Of a DNA stretch of 64,000 nt, positions 13,009-24,659 are shown piece after piece. The stretch comes from the human T2T-CHM13v2.0 reference genome, Homo sapiens. The notes beneath the pieces were generated by a model. The model had not been told where the DNA came from, made no database searches, and was given only the letters and a program-made list of their open reading frames with translations. How positions within the stretch are numbered: position 1 is the first letter of the stretch; each line of letters opens with the position of its first letter. The translations under genes and the position numbers were made by a program. The stretch is taken from assembly GCF_009914755.1 (NCBI RefSeq), contig NC_060925.1; one strand, 5' to 3'.

Positions 13009-14112
13009 GGTAGTGGTGGTGGTGTTACTGGCGGTGATGGCAGTTGTTATTGGTGGTGGTATTATTGGCAGTGGTGGCAGTTGTTATTGGTGGTGGTGGT
13101 ATTATTGGCAGTAGTGGCAGGTGTTATTGGTGGTGGTGGTGGTGTTATTGATGGTAGTGGTAGTGGTGTTATTGGTGGTGGTGGTGTTATTGGTAGTGGT
13201 GGTGATGTTATTGGTGGTGATGGTGGTAGTGGTGTTAGTCGTGGTGGTGTTATTGGTGGTGATGGTGGTGGTGATATTGGTGTTGGTGTTGGTGGTGGTG
13301 GTGTTATTGCTGGTGGTGGTGGTGGTGTTATTGTTGGTGGTAGTGGTGTTATTGGTGGTGATGGTGGTGGTGTTATTGGTGGTAGCATCTGTGTTATTGG
13401 TGGTGGTGGTGTTATTGGTGGTGATGGTGGTGGTGTTATTGGTGGTGGTAGTGGTGTCATTGGTAGTGGTGGTGGTGGTGGTGTTATTGGTGGTGGTGAT
13501 GGTGTCGGTGTTGGTGGTGTAATTGGCGGTGATGGTGGTGGTATTATTGGTGATGGTAGCATCTGTGTTATTGATGGTGGTGATGGTGTTATTGGTAGTG
13601 GTGGTGGTGTTATTGGTGGTGGTAGCATCTGTGTTATTGGTGGTGGTGATGGTGTTATTGGTAGTGATGGTGGTGTTATTGGTGGTGGTAGCATCTGTGT
13701 TATTGGTGGTGGTGGTGGTGTTATTGGTAGTGGTGGTGGTGTTATTGGTGGTGGTGGTAATGGTGTTATTGGTGGTGGTGTTATTGGTGGTGGTGGTAGT
13801 GGTGGTGGTGGTAGTGGTGTTATTGGTGGTGGTGGTAGTGGTGGTGATATTATTGGTAGTGGTGATGGTGTTATTGGTGGTGGTGGTGGTGTTATTGGTG
13901 GTGGTGGTGATATTATTGGTAGTGGTGATGGTGTTATTGGTGGTGGTGGTGATATTATTGGTAGTGGTGATGGTGTTATTGGTGGTGGTGGTGGTGTTAT
14001 TGGTGGTGGTGGTGATATTATTGGTAGTGGTGATGGTGTTATTGGTGGTGGTGGTGGTGTTATTGGTGGTGGTATTATTGGTGGTGGTGGTGGTGTTATT
14101 GGTGGTATTATT
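13009..14112. repeat. ~1.1-kb (GGT)n/GTTATT minisatellite
   Basis: Units such as GGTGTTATTGGTGGTGGTGGT; a single triplet phase is kept throughout. Confidence 0.98.
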
Positions 14113-14724
14113 CCAGCCTTCTTTCTGTCCCCAGACTCACTTCCAATCTTAGCTTCTTCTTTCCAACCCTGAAAATGCAAGAACTTCCACAAATGCAGAC
14201 TCTTCACAGTGGGCTGATTTCTTTAAGGAACTGGGATAAAAATAACAATGTGAGTAACCATACTGTGAGCAGGTGCTGTTTATTGAGTGGTTACTGTGTG
14301 CCTGATGCTGCACCAGTGACCCTCTCAAATGGTCTCATGTCATCCAACCAGGAGCCACCACCATCCCCTCCCATTCCCAGGTAAAGACAGACCCAGAGGG
14401 GCACAGCGACTCTCCCGAGCCCACAGAGGAGCAGGGCTCTGGCTGAGCAGCATCTTCTGTCTTAACTCACAGAAGGATTCTGCTGCCTCGAGTCGTTGGG
14501 TGGTGTTGGGCAAGTCACTTTCCCTTTATGGGCCTCAGTTTCCTCATCTGTAAGATGAAGTACCAGTGCCTGCAGGGCCTGGGGTGTGACAAAGGCCATG
14601 CTCCAGTTAAGCTTTGCTGACCGGGCTGAGGTTGAGAGCTCATGTGACCTGCCTGGAGAGGGTTAGGTGCAGAAGCCCTGAGGGCTGCATGGACTGGCCT
14701 AGGGGGCTGGGTCCTCTCCTCACG

Positions 14725-15613
14725 GGATGCCTGTATACATGCGAGGACCTATGTGATACACAGGGATGAGCATGTGGGTGCACGGATGTAGCATGTACAT
14801 CCATCCCAACACTTGGAGGTGCAGAGATAATCGGCTTCAGTGTCGCTCCATTGTGGAGAGAACAAGGGGTTAGCGAGGCTGACCAGAAAGCCCCTGAGAC
14901 CTGGATAGCATTGCCACCAGCTGGGTCCCTGGGCTCCTCAGGGGGTCTGAGAAGGGCAGAGGCAGACCGATGACAGAACCAGAGGCTCAGAACCCAGCAA
15001 ATGCGGCCCCAGGCTCTGCAGATGGAGCAACTGAGGTCAAGAGCAAAGTGGGGCCTCTGACTTCCAGCCCAGTCCTGCCAGAGCCCCCAACCCCTCAGTG
15101 GCTCTAGTAATAGTAGTAATAAAAATCATACTACCCCTAATCATTATGGTAATAATAGCTACCGTGATTGAGCCCTTTCTCTGTGCCAGACACCTGCTTG
15201 ATGTCTTACAAACATGATCTCATTCACCCCCATGACAGCCCCCTGGGGAGGGAATCATTTTGCCAGCCTCCCTGTAAAGGCGGGAAACATGGGCTCCAAG
15301 ATTTGCCCTAGCTCACCCGGCTGTGGGTGGCAGGGCTGGTTTCGCCCCTGGGTCTGACTCCAGCCCATACTCTTTTTAAGGCACTGGACAAACTCATACA
15401 GGACCTGTTCTGACTGATTCTCTGATGATTCTGTGTCCCTCTCAAGCTTAGCACAGACCTGGGCACATTTTGGTGGGGGTCACTGTGTGAGCTGGAGTTG
15501 GACAGGCCTGGGCTCAAATCCTGATGCCCTGTAAATGACAGGATGCCTATATACATGCGAGGACCTATGTGATATGCAGGGATGCTCATGTGGATGCACG
15601 GATGTAGTATGTA
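14725..15613. repeat. Dispersed 73-bp direct repeat pair
   Basis: 14725-14797 vs 15541-15613, 7 mismatches, no gaps. Confidence 0.93.
15150..15375 (-). mobile_element. MIR SINE
   Basis: AATAATAGCTACCGTGATTGAGC...TGTGCCAGACAC...ATCTCATTCA...TCTGACTCCAG antisense MIR. Confidence 0.8.
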
Positions 15614-15749
15614 GTTATTTGGTTGATTAAGAGGTTGGTGCAGTGCCCCCACGCATCCCCCACAAGGGTAAACATTGTCTAATTTCTCCAGGCCTAGGGA
15701 TCCCTCACAATTAGGTATAAACCCATTTGTATTTCAGAGCCTTCCTGCA

Positions 15750-16100
15750 TGCATGCCTGGAATCTCCATTTCCTCTGCCTGAAATCTCTGCTATTTTCCC
15801 ACCTGGTCGTTTTCTGCTCATTCTCTCAGACAGTTCTCCAGGAAGCCTCACCTGATTCCCTAGGCTGAGTTAGACATACCCCCACTTCCTTTGCTGGCCC
15901 CATAGCACCTTTAACATCTCTCTCTTCCTGGTAATTGCCAATTACATGTCTGTCTAGAGTACTGTGAGGTTCCTGAGGGCAGGGAAGGTGTCATATTTGT
16001 CTCATGTCCCCAACACTGTGCTGCACTTAGAAGGTGCTCCGAAATGGCTGCAGAGTGAATGAACAAATAAGCAGATGAATGAATCAACAAATGAATGAGT
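15750..16100 (+). mobile_element. L2 3' end
   Basis: CTCCAGGAAGCCT, CTGTGAGGTTCCTGAGGGCAGGG, ending in GAATGAA repeats. Confidence 0.8.
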
Positions 16101-18105
16101 GATGGGAGAACCAGCGCAAGCTGCCCTCCTATCCTGCCTTATTCTGGGTCAGAGACATGGATGGTAGGATCCCTCTCCCATCCCTACTCCTTCCCCTAAC
16201 ACACCCCCATCAACCACCATAACCCACCTCCTCTCAGCATTTAAATTTGCCTGTCATCTTTGCCTATGATGCTGCCAAATCTGCCTCCTTCCCACCCCCC
16301 CCCCTTTCTTCTTCTTTGTTTTGGTCCTGCATCTAGAAGGTCAAGACCACAGTGACCTCTGGACTCCAGCCCCTGGCTAAGAATGCAATCTACCTGTCCA
16401 TGGGCCAGTGTGACTCAAGATGTCAAGGGATGGTGATCACTGAGAGACCAAAGATTTCCTCTGAATTTGCCTGGATTTTCACACTTGATTGTTCACTGTC
16501 AAAAGGAAGAACAGGTGTACCTACAGCAACCTGGCTGCAGAAATCTACATTCTCCTTATTCTGAGAAACCCCTCAAAATACTACCACCAAAGTAGAAACC
16601 AAATTTATCCTGAATTGACATGTACCCCCTAACCCCAGCCCAACTCCATACTCCTCTCTGTCAAGGAAGCAAAATCAATTTCCTTTGCTTTAGATACCAG
16701 CATGTAGGCTTGTGGACTTCCAAATGCTGTCTTCCAAGAACTTGGAGTTTAAACATGATCCCTTGGATGATATGTCCAAAGAAGTTCTCACTGAAATTCC
16801 CCGCATCGTAAAATGTCAGGATGTCTGCGGTCTTTATTTATAGACAGATTGCTTTTCAACTTTTCTCACTCCAACATTTCAATGTGTTATTCCTGAAGAT
16901 AAATGCACATTATGATTTCATAATAGAAATTGCATTTCTCCCTTGTGTCACCTCTAAGCATGTATATACATAAATATGGCACATTGCCTCTGACAGTAAT
17001 TTAAAAGGCACTTTGGAGAACATATTGATCATGACCAGAGAACGGAGCTGGCACGGTCTAGATTTCATCGAATCTGCCTCCTCCCCACCCCCGCTCTCTT
17101 TCCTCTTCTTTGTTTGGACTCTGAAGCTTGGGAACTTATGATTTCCATTTATCTTTGTATATCAGGGATGTTTGTTTATAAGCATCATGGGGTTTAGGAG
17201 AGAGGGAAAAAGTGAAATTTTATAACTCCAAAGTGTAAACAAGGAAGGAAAATGCAACCTTCCCACCAGAGTGGGTTCCCTGGAGACAGGAATTCTCCAT
17301 GTCACTCCCAGACAAACTTGAGATCTTGTGTGGCGGATGCTGTGCACAGCTGCCCGAGCCACTTGGGGATGTGGCTGGCTGTCAGCTCAGGATCACGTGC
17401 TCCAAGCATTCTCCCGGGCTGGCCCAGTATCCTCCTCTTGACTCCTTCATCTGCCTCCTGGAGACCTTAGGCTCACCTTGGAACATTCACCTCCTCTGAG
17501 CTCTTTGAGCCACTCACCATCATTTGTGGAAACTGCTAGAAACTCTTCTCTTCCAGGAAGTTTCCATGACTACTCAGAGCTACATCCCAGCATCCCACTT
17601 TCTCCCTGGTACCATCTACACTCTGCCCATTTTAATGATGATTTATCTCCGGGCTGCTTTTAAAGATGAGATTATTCTGGGTCAGGTACCTTGATGTGTT
17701 GGAGGAAACCAAACTGAAATCGATTAAGTGTCTGCAACACACCAGGCAAGTTCCTTTAATCCATCTCATTTAGTCCCGGCAACAGTCTTGAAGGGCAATG
17801 TTTTATTTCCCCATTTTATAGAAGACCAAATGAGGCACACAAATGTTGAGCTACCCATCCCCTTAGAAGATATTGGGCCACTAAATGAAAGAGCCTTGAT
17901 TCAAACCTTCAAAACCCACTCCCTTTGACATTTCCTAGAGGTGATGGGGCTAGGGTATAGGGTTGGAGATCAGGTTTTCAAAATATCAATTACTTTTCCA
18001 ATCAAGATGGATGGTTCCATGGCTGTGCACTGATGGCAGCCATGGCAAGTGTCCTGAAATGTCCACCTCTGGTCATAAGGGACCCAAGCTGGAGTGAGCT
18101 TAGTA

Positions 18106-18384
18106 TTTTTTTTTTTTTTAAGACAGAGTCTCACTGTATTGCCCAGGCTGGAGTGCTCACTGCAACCTCCGCCTCCCAGGTTCAAGCAATTCTCATGCCT
18201 CAGCCTCCCAAGTAGCTGGAATTACAGGTGCCCGCCACCATACCCGGCTAATTTTTGTATTGTTAGTAAAGACAGGGTTTTATCATGTTGGCCAGGCTCG
18301 TCTCAAACTCTTGGTCTCAAGTGGTCTGCCCACCTCATTCTCCCAAAATGCTGGGATTACAGGTGGGAGTCACCACACCCAGTC
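18106..18384 (-). mobile_element. Alu (AluSz-like) with ~17-bp internal deletion
   Basis: Poly-T, both monomers, GGAGTGC joined directly to TCACTGC; TSD TGGAGTGAGCTTAG at 18090-18103 and 18387-18400. Confidence 0.96.
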
Positions 18385-18499
18385 CTTGGAGTGAGCTTAG
18401 CTCTGTCAGTACTCAACACTCTTTGTCTTTTCTACTCTCTCTATTCCTCCCTGTCAGTCTTTTCTCTGCCCACTCCTTAAACATCACTATTCTCTACAT

Positions 18500-19143
18500 T
18501 TGGTCTTCGGCCCCCTCTCTTTGTCCTCTTTCCACTCTTCCTCAGCTCTCCCCCATCTCCTACCAGTTACAAGGACCATTTTTCTCTTGGCAACTTTCCA
18601 ACCTTCACCGCAGCTCAGATCTCTCTGCTACCTAACTGCCTACTGGATGTCTCTGTTGGGATGTCTTGTAGGCCTCTGAAATGTAATATGACAACTATTG
18701 AACAAAACATTCCACCCTCTCAGTGAGAGTACTGTCACCCACCCAGGTCACTAAAGCCAGAGGCCCCAGCCATCGTATTCCTCCTCTGTGTTCTCCCATC
18801 CATTGATTCATCCCAGGCCCTACATCCTCTGCATCCTTAACACCTCTCTTCCCTCTGTGTGTCCTCTTTTTCTGTGTTAGTTCAAACCAACACTCGTTCA
18901 GACCTGAGTCTCATGGCTGTAGCCGCCTGACTCATCTCCTAGGTCCCACTCTTGTCCCTTCCAGCCCATTTTGCATACAACAGCCAGAGGGGGGCTTTAT
19001 CAAGCAGAAAGCAGATCATGTCATGCTCTTGTTTAGAATCCATCATGGTGCCCATTCATGGCCAGTGGGGACATCTCCATTGTGTTTCCCCACTCATGTC
19101 AGGCCCACATAGTAGGCATTCAGTAAATTATTGCCAAATGAAT
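18500..19143 (+). mobile_element. L2 fragments
   Basis: AACTGCCTACTGGATGTCTC, CAGCCAGAG...CAGATCATGTCA, CACATAGTAGGCATTCAGTAAAT...AATGAAT. Confidence 0.75.
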
Positions 19144-19309
19144 TTTTTCCCCATTCTCCTTGAGTCTGTTCTCAAGGCTTGGTGCCTGCTAACTTTTCCT
19201 TCCAGAGCTTTCATGACCCATTCTGCTTCAGCATTTCAGCCCTGCCTTGGAGCCAAGACCTGGGGGCTGAGCTGGCCTTTGCCTCTGCCATTAGTTGTCT
19301 TCCCCTCTC

Positions 19310-19535
19310 AATTACATGGTAATCCCTGTTAAAACTACAAATTTATTTATAGTTTTTTTCCTTTCTTTTTTTTCCCCACCGGGCAATTTTTACGGCTCAT
19401 CGGCCGTAACAAATTCTACTTCATAAAGCGAAGGCACGTCTTATTATTACCTTATGGAAATAGACGGCAGCAGCTGGCTACTATTCCCGGCCAGCGTGTT
19501 GTCTCCACGAATCCGTAATGGTTTCAATCAATACC
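19310..19535. promoter_or_regulatory. Candidate enhancer / conserved non-coding element
   Basis: Non-repetitive; 11 CpG in 19380-19515; TTTTACGGC/GCCGTAA, TCATAAA, TCAATCA, TAATCC homeodomain motifs; conservation not checked. Confidence 0.5.
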
Positions 19536-22449
19536 CCTGTGGGATTTGTTCCGCTCTTTGAGGACGAGAACATTTAGACCTGAGAGTGGTGTTTCTGCCT
19601 CCGAGCCAGTTGGCAGTGATGCCCCACCCAGAGGCCTTGGATTTTGGGGGTTGCCCAGTGAGAAGATTCCTGCAGGGAAGTCCTGGTGTTTCTATTTTGT
19701 CCACTAATAAAGAGGTCACTCTTGTGCACAATATGTATGGAAGACACTCAGTAAATACTATAATGGTAACCATATGAGGTGGGTGCTAACTGTGATCCCA
19801 TTTTCTGAGTAGGGAAAGTGGGGCTCAGAGAGAGTTTGAGCATCTCTAAGGGGCTTGCTCCTCCAGGCCCAAGCAAGAGGGCAGGAGGCTCTGAGGGTGC
19901 CCTGGGCTCCCTTTCCCACTGCACACCTTTCCTAGACTCCACTGTGAGGACCATTAAGTCATTCATTCATTCATTCATTCATTCAATACAAATGGACTAG
20001 CATTTACTGAGTACTGGGCACTATAGCAGATATTTGGATCCTGAGATAATTCAGCCATGTATGAAAAGGGTGGACGTTATCTTCTTCCCCATCAGATCAG
20101 AGGGCACCTTTATTAATTATAATGGTACTACTAATAATCTGGAGGAAAAGAATTCTGAGAAGTCAAAGACGAAGACAAAGGGGAAGATAAGGAGTGCTAA
20201 GACCAGGCACTCTGGCAATTGATCCCGGTGTGTGACCTCGTGTTATCTTCATAACCCCACAGATGCCAGGGGTCAAGGGGCCTAGGAACACAGTGCTTGA
20301 ATGTGAATCCCAGCCCCTCTCACCCAGCTTTGTGACCTTGCTCAGGTAGTAAAGCTCACTACACCTTGTTACTTCAAGGACAAAATGGGGGTGATATTAA
20401 TACTCATCTTTATCTTAGCAGGAGGAATAAAAGAAAATCACATAATTTGTGCACAGTACTTATTAAAAGCTCTCGGTAAATAGTATTCATAACCATACGT
20501 GGTAAGTGCTATTTATTATCCCATTTTACAGGTGAGGAAAGTATGGCTCAGAGCATTCATAACTTGCCTAAGAGAACAAAGCCAGTGGGGGCAGAGGTGA
20601 GATTCTGGAGTCAGCCCCAAGGTGTGCCTTCTCACCCATCACCTCCCAAGACCCTGCATTACCACCATCCCAAGCATCAGTTTAGTCATTAGCTTTGCCA
20701 GGGCAGGGCTGGCCTTACTGTTAGGAATACCCACAGGGTAGAGGTATCTGCCTTAGAGGAGTTACAGTCTCCTAGAGTACAGGGCTATTAACAAGAGTTA
20801 ATTCACTTTCAGCAGAGCCATGTGAACCTGTGAGCAAACAATAGTGGGTGGACACAAAAGAGGAGGGAGCATTCCCTGGGCCAGGATTAGGAGGGAGGGA
20901 CCACAGGGAGATGCAAATCCTTGCATTTGAGATATGGGAAGGGAGGATCTGAGAAACTCTGGTCCAACTGAACTCTTGTCATCATCAGCATCTCCAGGCT
21001 GCTGACCAGAGTGCACCTTACACATCAGTCAGGACTCCGCTCTGGAATCAACTCCCCTAGAAATTTCCTGACCAGCTCAGACCCTGCTGGGCCCTGCACT
21101 CACCCTGGGATGTGCCTCCTCTGACACTCATCACTATCCTCACTTCTGCAGGATAAGCATCACCCTCAACGTGACCTTCCTCTTTGGGGCATAAAATTCC
21201 TCATGCTCACTTTTCGAATCCCTTATATGTGTGGTCTTCCTGTGGTGTGAATAGAAGTGTTATTAGAAAAAAAGCAACTCAAGTGTGAATTATTAGATTG
21301 TTTTCATAACAAAAGATGTGATTTTTGTGCAAAGGTCTTTGCTGCAAGTTGGCCCCATTAACAGGTCCATTATTGGCCTTTCTAGGACTTGCGACTGAAG
21401 GTCAACACAAGGTGGTCAGGGGCTTTTGCAAGTGGGAACACGGGCCACCTCCTCCCATCGGACTGGGTATAGGAAGCACAAGGGGTTAGGGTAGGAACTG
21501 CAAATCATCACTGGTGGGGACTCCACTGCTCTGTTATTTCTCCCTGCCTCTGACTGCAGACCTGATTATATTTGGAAAGAAAAATCATGATCATCAGAGA
21601 ATGGCAAGACATCCTATTGGTTGGGCACAGACATGGAAAGGACTAGCAGGGCACACCTCTTCCAGCCTCGCTAAGATGCCTCTGAAGACAGGGAACTCAC
21701 TACCTGCAGAGCAAGTCCATTCTTGAGCAGCGCCAACTCTCACATAGTTTTCCTTTGATGTAGTTTCAAGACGGCAACTCTGTATCTTCAGCCTAGACCT
21801 CGCAGTTCAGCTGTTGGAGGCTTGAGAGCAAGTGGAATCCTTCCTATGCACGTCACTTGCTTGGCTATTGCAGACAGAAAACGAGAGCTGGAAAGGACCT
21901 CAGAATCCACCCCTCTGCCTGTTGTGCAATGGGGCTGTGGTCATTGCATCCCTGGACAAGTTGTCTGTGCTTTACTTTCCTCATCTGTGCAGCAGGATCT
22001 GACCTATGTGGTGCTTGCTGTGGCTTGACCCCAGAGCTGGAGCTAGATCCCAGCTCCAGCCTCCTTCTTGGCTTCTTGGATCATCACCATTGGCAGAAAG
22101 TAGAGTTGGCCAGGATTGGTCTGATGCCAGTTCTGCCTGTTCCCCATAATCTTCCAATTTGCCTGGGCACATAGAGTGCAGCCCCGGCTTGGCCCGTGTG
22201 GAATGTCTAGTGCTTTGTTTCCACCATGTCTTAATCCTCTTCCATCTGACTAATATGGCTGATGGAGGGTGGCAGCCTTGGGAGGCAAGGAGGCTCTACC
22301 GTCCAGTAAACTTTTTAGTTTACTCCAAAATGTGGAAGGCGCTTGCCGACTCCCGGGTCTCTGTCTCCTGTAGCCTGGCTGGAAGCTCAAATAAATGTCC
22401 CTTTCCCCGCCTCAAAGTACAGACTCGCTGAGTCCCAGAGGCAGCCTTG

Positions 22450-22640
22450 TGAGTGGAAAGAAAGAGCAGGGACTCTGGAGACAGAGAGGTCAGATTCAAA
22501 TTCTGGCTCCTTCTCGTAACAGCTGTCTGACTTGACTCAAAGCTTTCCCCTTCCCTTGGTCTTAGTTTCCTCCTCTGCAGAAGAGAGATAAAAAATAATC
22601 CCATCCCAAAGGGCTATTGTGGGGTTTTTAAACAAGGGAA
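22450..22640 (+). mobile_element. MIR SINE
   Basis: GACTCTGGAGACAG...TTCAAATTCTGGCTC...CTTAGTTTCCTCCTCTG. Confidence 0.75.
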
Positions 22641-22791
22641 GTTAAGGTTAGTGTTTGGCTTCATGTCCGGCACACGCTCAACTCTGGGTAAACCCTGGCC
22701 TTCCCCGTCCTAGCCCCCGGCACCTGCACCCTTGTCCTCACCAAATCCCCTCAGACCTCAGCCTCCTCTGGCTCATACTAGGAAGATCACG

Positions 22792-22805
22792 GTTACCATG
22801 GCAAC
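22792..22805. promoter_or_regulatory. RFX X-box motif
   Basis: GTTACCATGGCAAC fits GTTRCCATGGYAAC at all 14 positions; occupancy unknown. Confidence 0.6.
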
Positions 22806-23310
22806 CCACAGGCAGCGGGGGCTCCCTGTCCCTGCTCACCCAGCCCCGTCCCTCTCTGACCCTGTGCCTAGCTCAGCCCAACCCAGCCCGGGCAGCTGCC
22901 AAGGCGGTCAATTTTGTCAGGCACAGCCGGTTCTTCCTCCTGGAGCTGATCCCTAACCACTTGGAGGTTTAAAGAGGTTCAGGACTCAGTGGGCATGAGG
23001 GGCTTTTCTCAGCCAGCTCATGTCCTCCTGCATGAGTGGAAGCTCTGTCCTGCTGCACCCCTGACCCTGGCTCCTGCCAGGATCTGCTTTGCTCTCTAAT
23101 TAGAAAGGCTGGCAGGGGTCGCAGTGGTATTTTGTTCCCCCATCCTTCCACGCCCTGCCTCCTCCAAGCATTTGCTGAGCACATCCTCACTCCACCTCCC
23201 CTTGGCTGGGCCTGAGTGGAAGGTTGGGTCTGAGTGAAAGGACATCTCAGCACACCGAACTGAAATGAGAGCATCCAGCTCTGTGTAATCCTGGCTCTGC
23301 ACTTAGCAGC

Positions 23311-23761
23311 TGTATTACAGGCCAGGGCTGCTCTAACAGGGTCCCACAAATGGGAAGCTTAAGCAGTCAGAAATGTATTGACTCAGTGCTGGAGGCTTGA
23401 AGTCTGAGATCAAGGTGTCTGCAGGGTTGCATCTTTCTGAGTGCTACAGGAAGAATCTGTTCTAGCTCTCTCACTGGGTGTTTTGCTGGCACTCTTTGGC
23501 ATGGCTTGACTCATAAAGGCACCATCCTGCCTGCCTTCGCTTTACGTAGTGTGTGTCTGAGTGTGTGTCTTCTCCATATTTACATTTCCCCATTTTACGA
23601 GGGCACCGGTCATGTTGGATTAGGCTTTACTTTGATGACCTCCTTTTAACTTGATTATCTCTGTAAAGACCCTATTTCCAAATAAGCTCACATTTCTGAG
23701 GCACTGGGGGGTTAGGACTTGAACACGTGAATTTTGAGGGGATGGGATCCAACCTATAGCA
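23311..23761 (-). mobile_element. MLT1 (MLT1B/C-like) MaLR solo LTR inserted in a MIR
   Basis: GAAGTCTGAGATCAAGGTGTC, AAAGACCCTATTTCCAAATAAG, GTTAGGACTTGAACA; MIR sequence resumes on both sides. Confidence 0.85.
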
Positions 23762-23850
23762 CAAGGTGTGGCCCTGGGCAAGTCACATCACCTGTTAGGT
23801 CCTGAGAAAGGTTCATCTTGAAAGTGGGGGTAAAAATTGCCACATCCTCA

Positions 23851-24586
23851 GGGGATTGTTGTAAGGACCGAATGAGACAAGGTGTATAGGTTGGTTAGCC
23901 CAAGGCTAGCTATAGTGGAGTTGATAATCATAGCTGCTGTGAATTTCTGCTTGAGGGAGGGGACCATGATCATTGATGCATTTACTCTCAATGGACGAAG
24001 TAAAAGGAAAGGTGGAAAGTAAACTGTCAAGCCTCTTGGGGTTCCTCGTTGCTGTAACCTGCCTCCTAGCAAGCCCAATAGGGCTACACTTTTGCCATTC
24101 ATTCACCAACTCCATCAATCTATTTGACAAGTGCTGTGTGCGTTCTATTTCATTTAATCATTACAAAAGTATTAGGTTGGTGCAAAAGAAATCACAGTTT
24201 TGCCATAAAAGTCATGGCCAAAAGTGCCATTACTTTTGCACCAACCTAATATTAATATTATTATTACCAATTAACAGATGAGGAAATTGGGGCTTTGGGT
24301 GGTGGCATGGCCTGCTCATAGTTCCACGGCACAAGGAATGGTGGGGGCCGGGATCACTGGTTTGGTGGCGTGTTTGTACGCGCAACTGCAGGGATACCTG
24401 CCTGGGGCAGCTTGGCCTTTTCTCTCCGCATGGGCTCCACATATCCTTTGAGCCAGAGCTCCCTGACCGCCTTTGCAGCCCATCCCTGGAGGGAATTCAC
24501 AGCAGTTATGATTACCAACCCCACTATAGCTAGCCTTGGGCTAACCAACCTACACATTGTCTCATTCAGTCTTTACAACAATCCCC
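23851..24586. repeat. Inverted repeat, arms 23851-23945 and 24494-24586
   Basis: Arms are reverse-complementary with 6 mismatches and one 2-bp indel; 548-bp spacer. Confidence 0.93.
24172..24249. mobile_element. MADE1 (Hsmar1-derived MITE)
   Basis: TTAGGTTGGTGCAAAAG...CTTTTGCACCAACCTAA, 78 bp, flanked by TA duplication (24170-24171, 24250-24251). Confidence 0.93.
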
Positions 24587-24659
24587 ATGGGAACTCACAC
24601 TCCCGCGTTGTTGGCACTGGGCACTGCGAGCCTTTGGATTGCACCCCAGCACCCAGCCC

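Noticed and set aside
12988-14207. 394-aa Gly-rich and 381-aa Pro-rich ORFs resembling structural or extensin-like proteins
   Set aside because: Mirror-image translations of the same minisatellite; explained by 3n-unit slippage.
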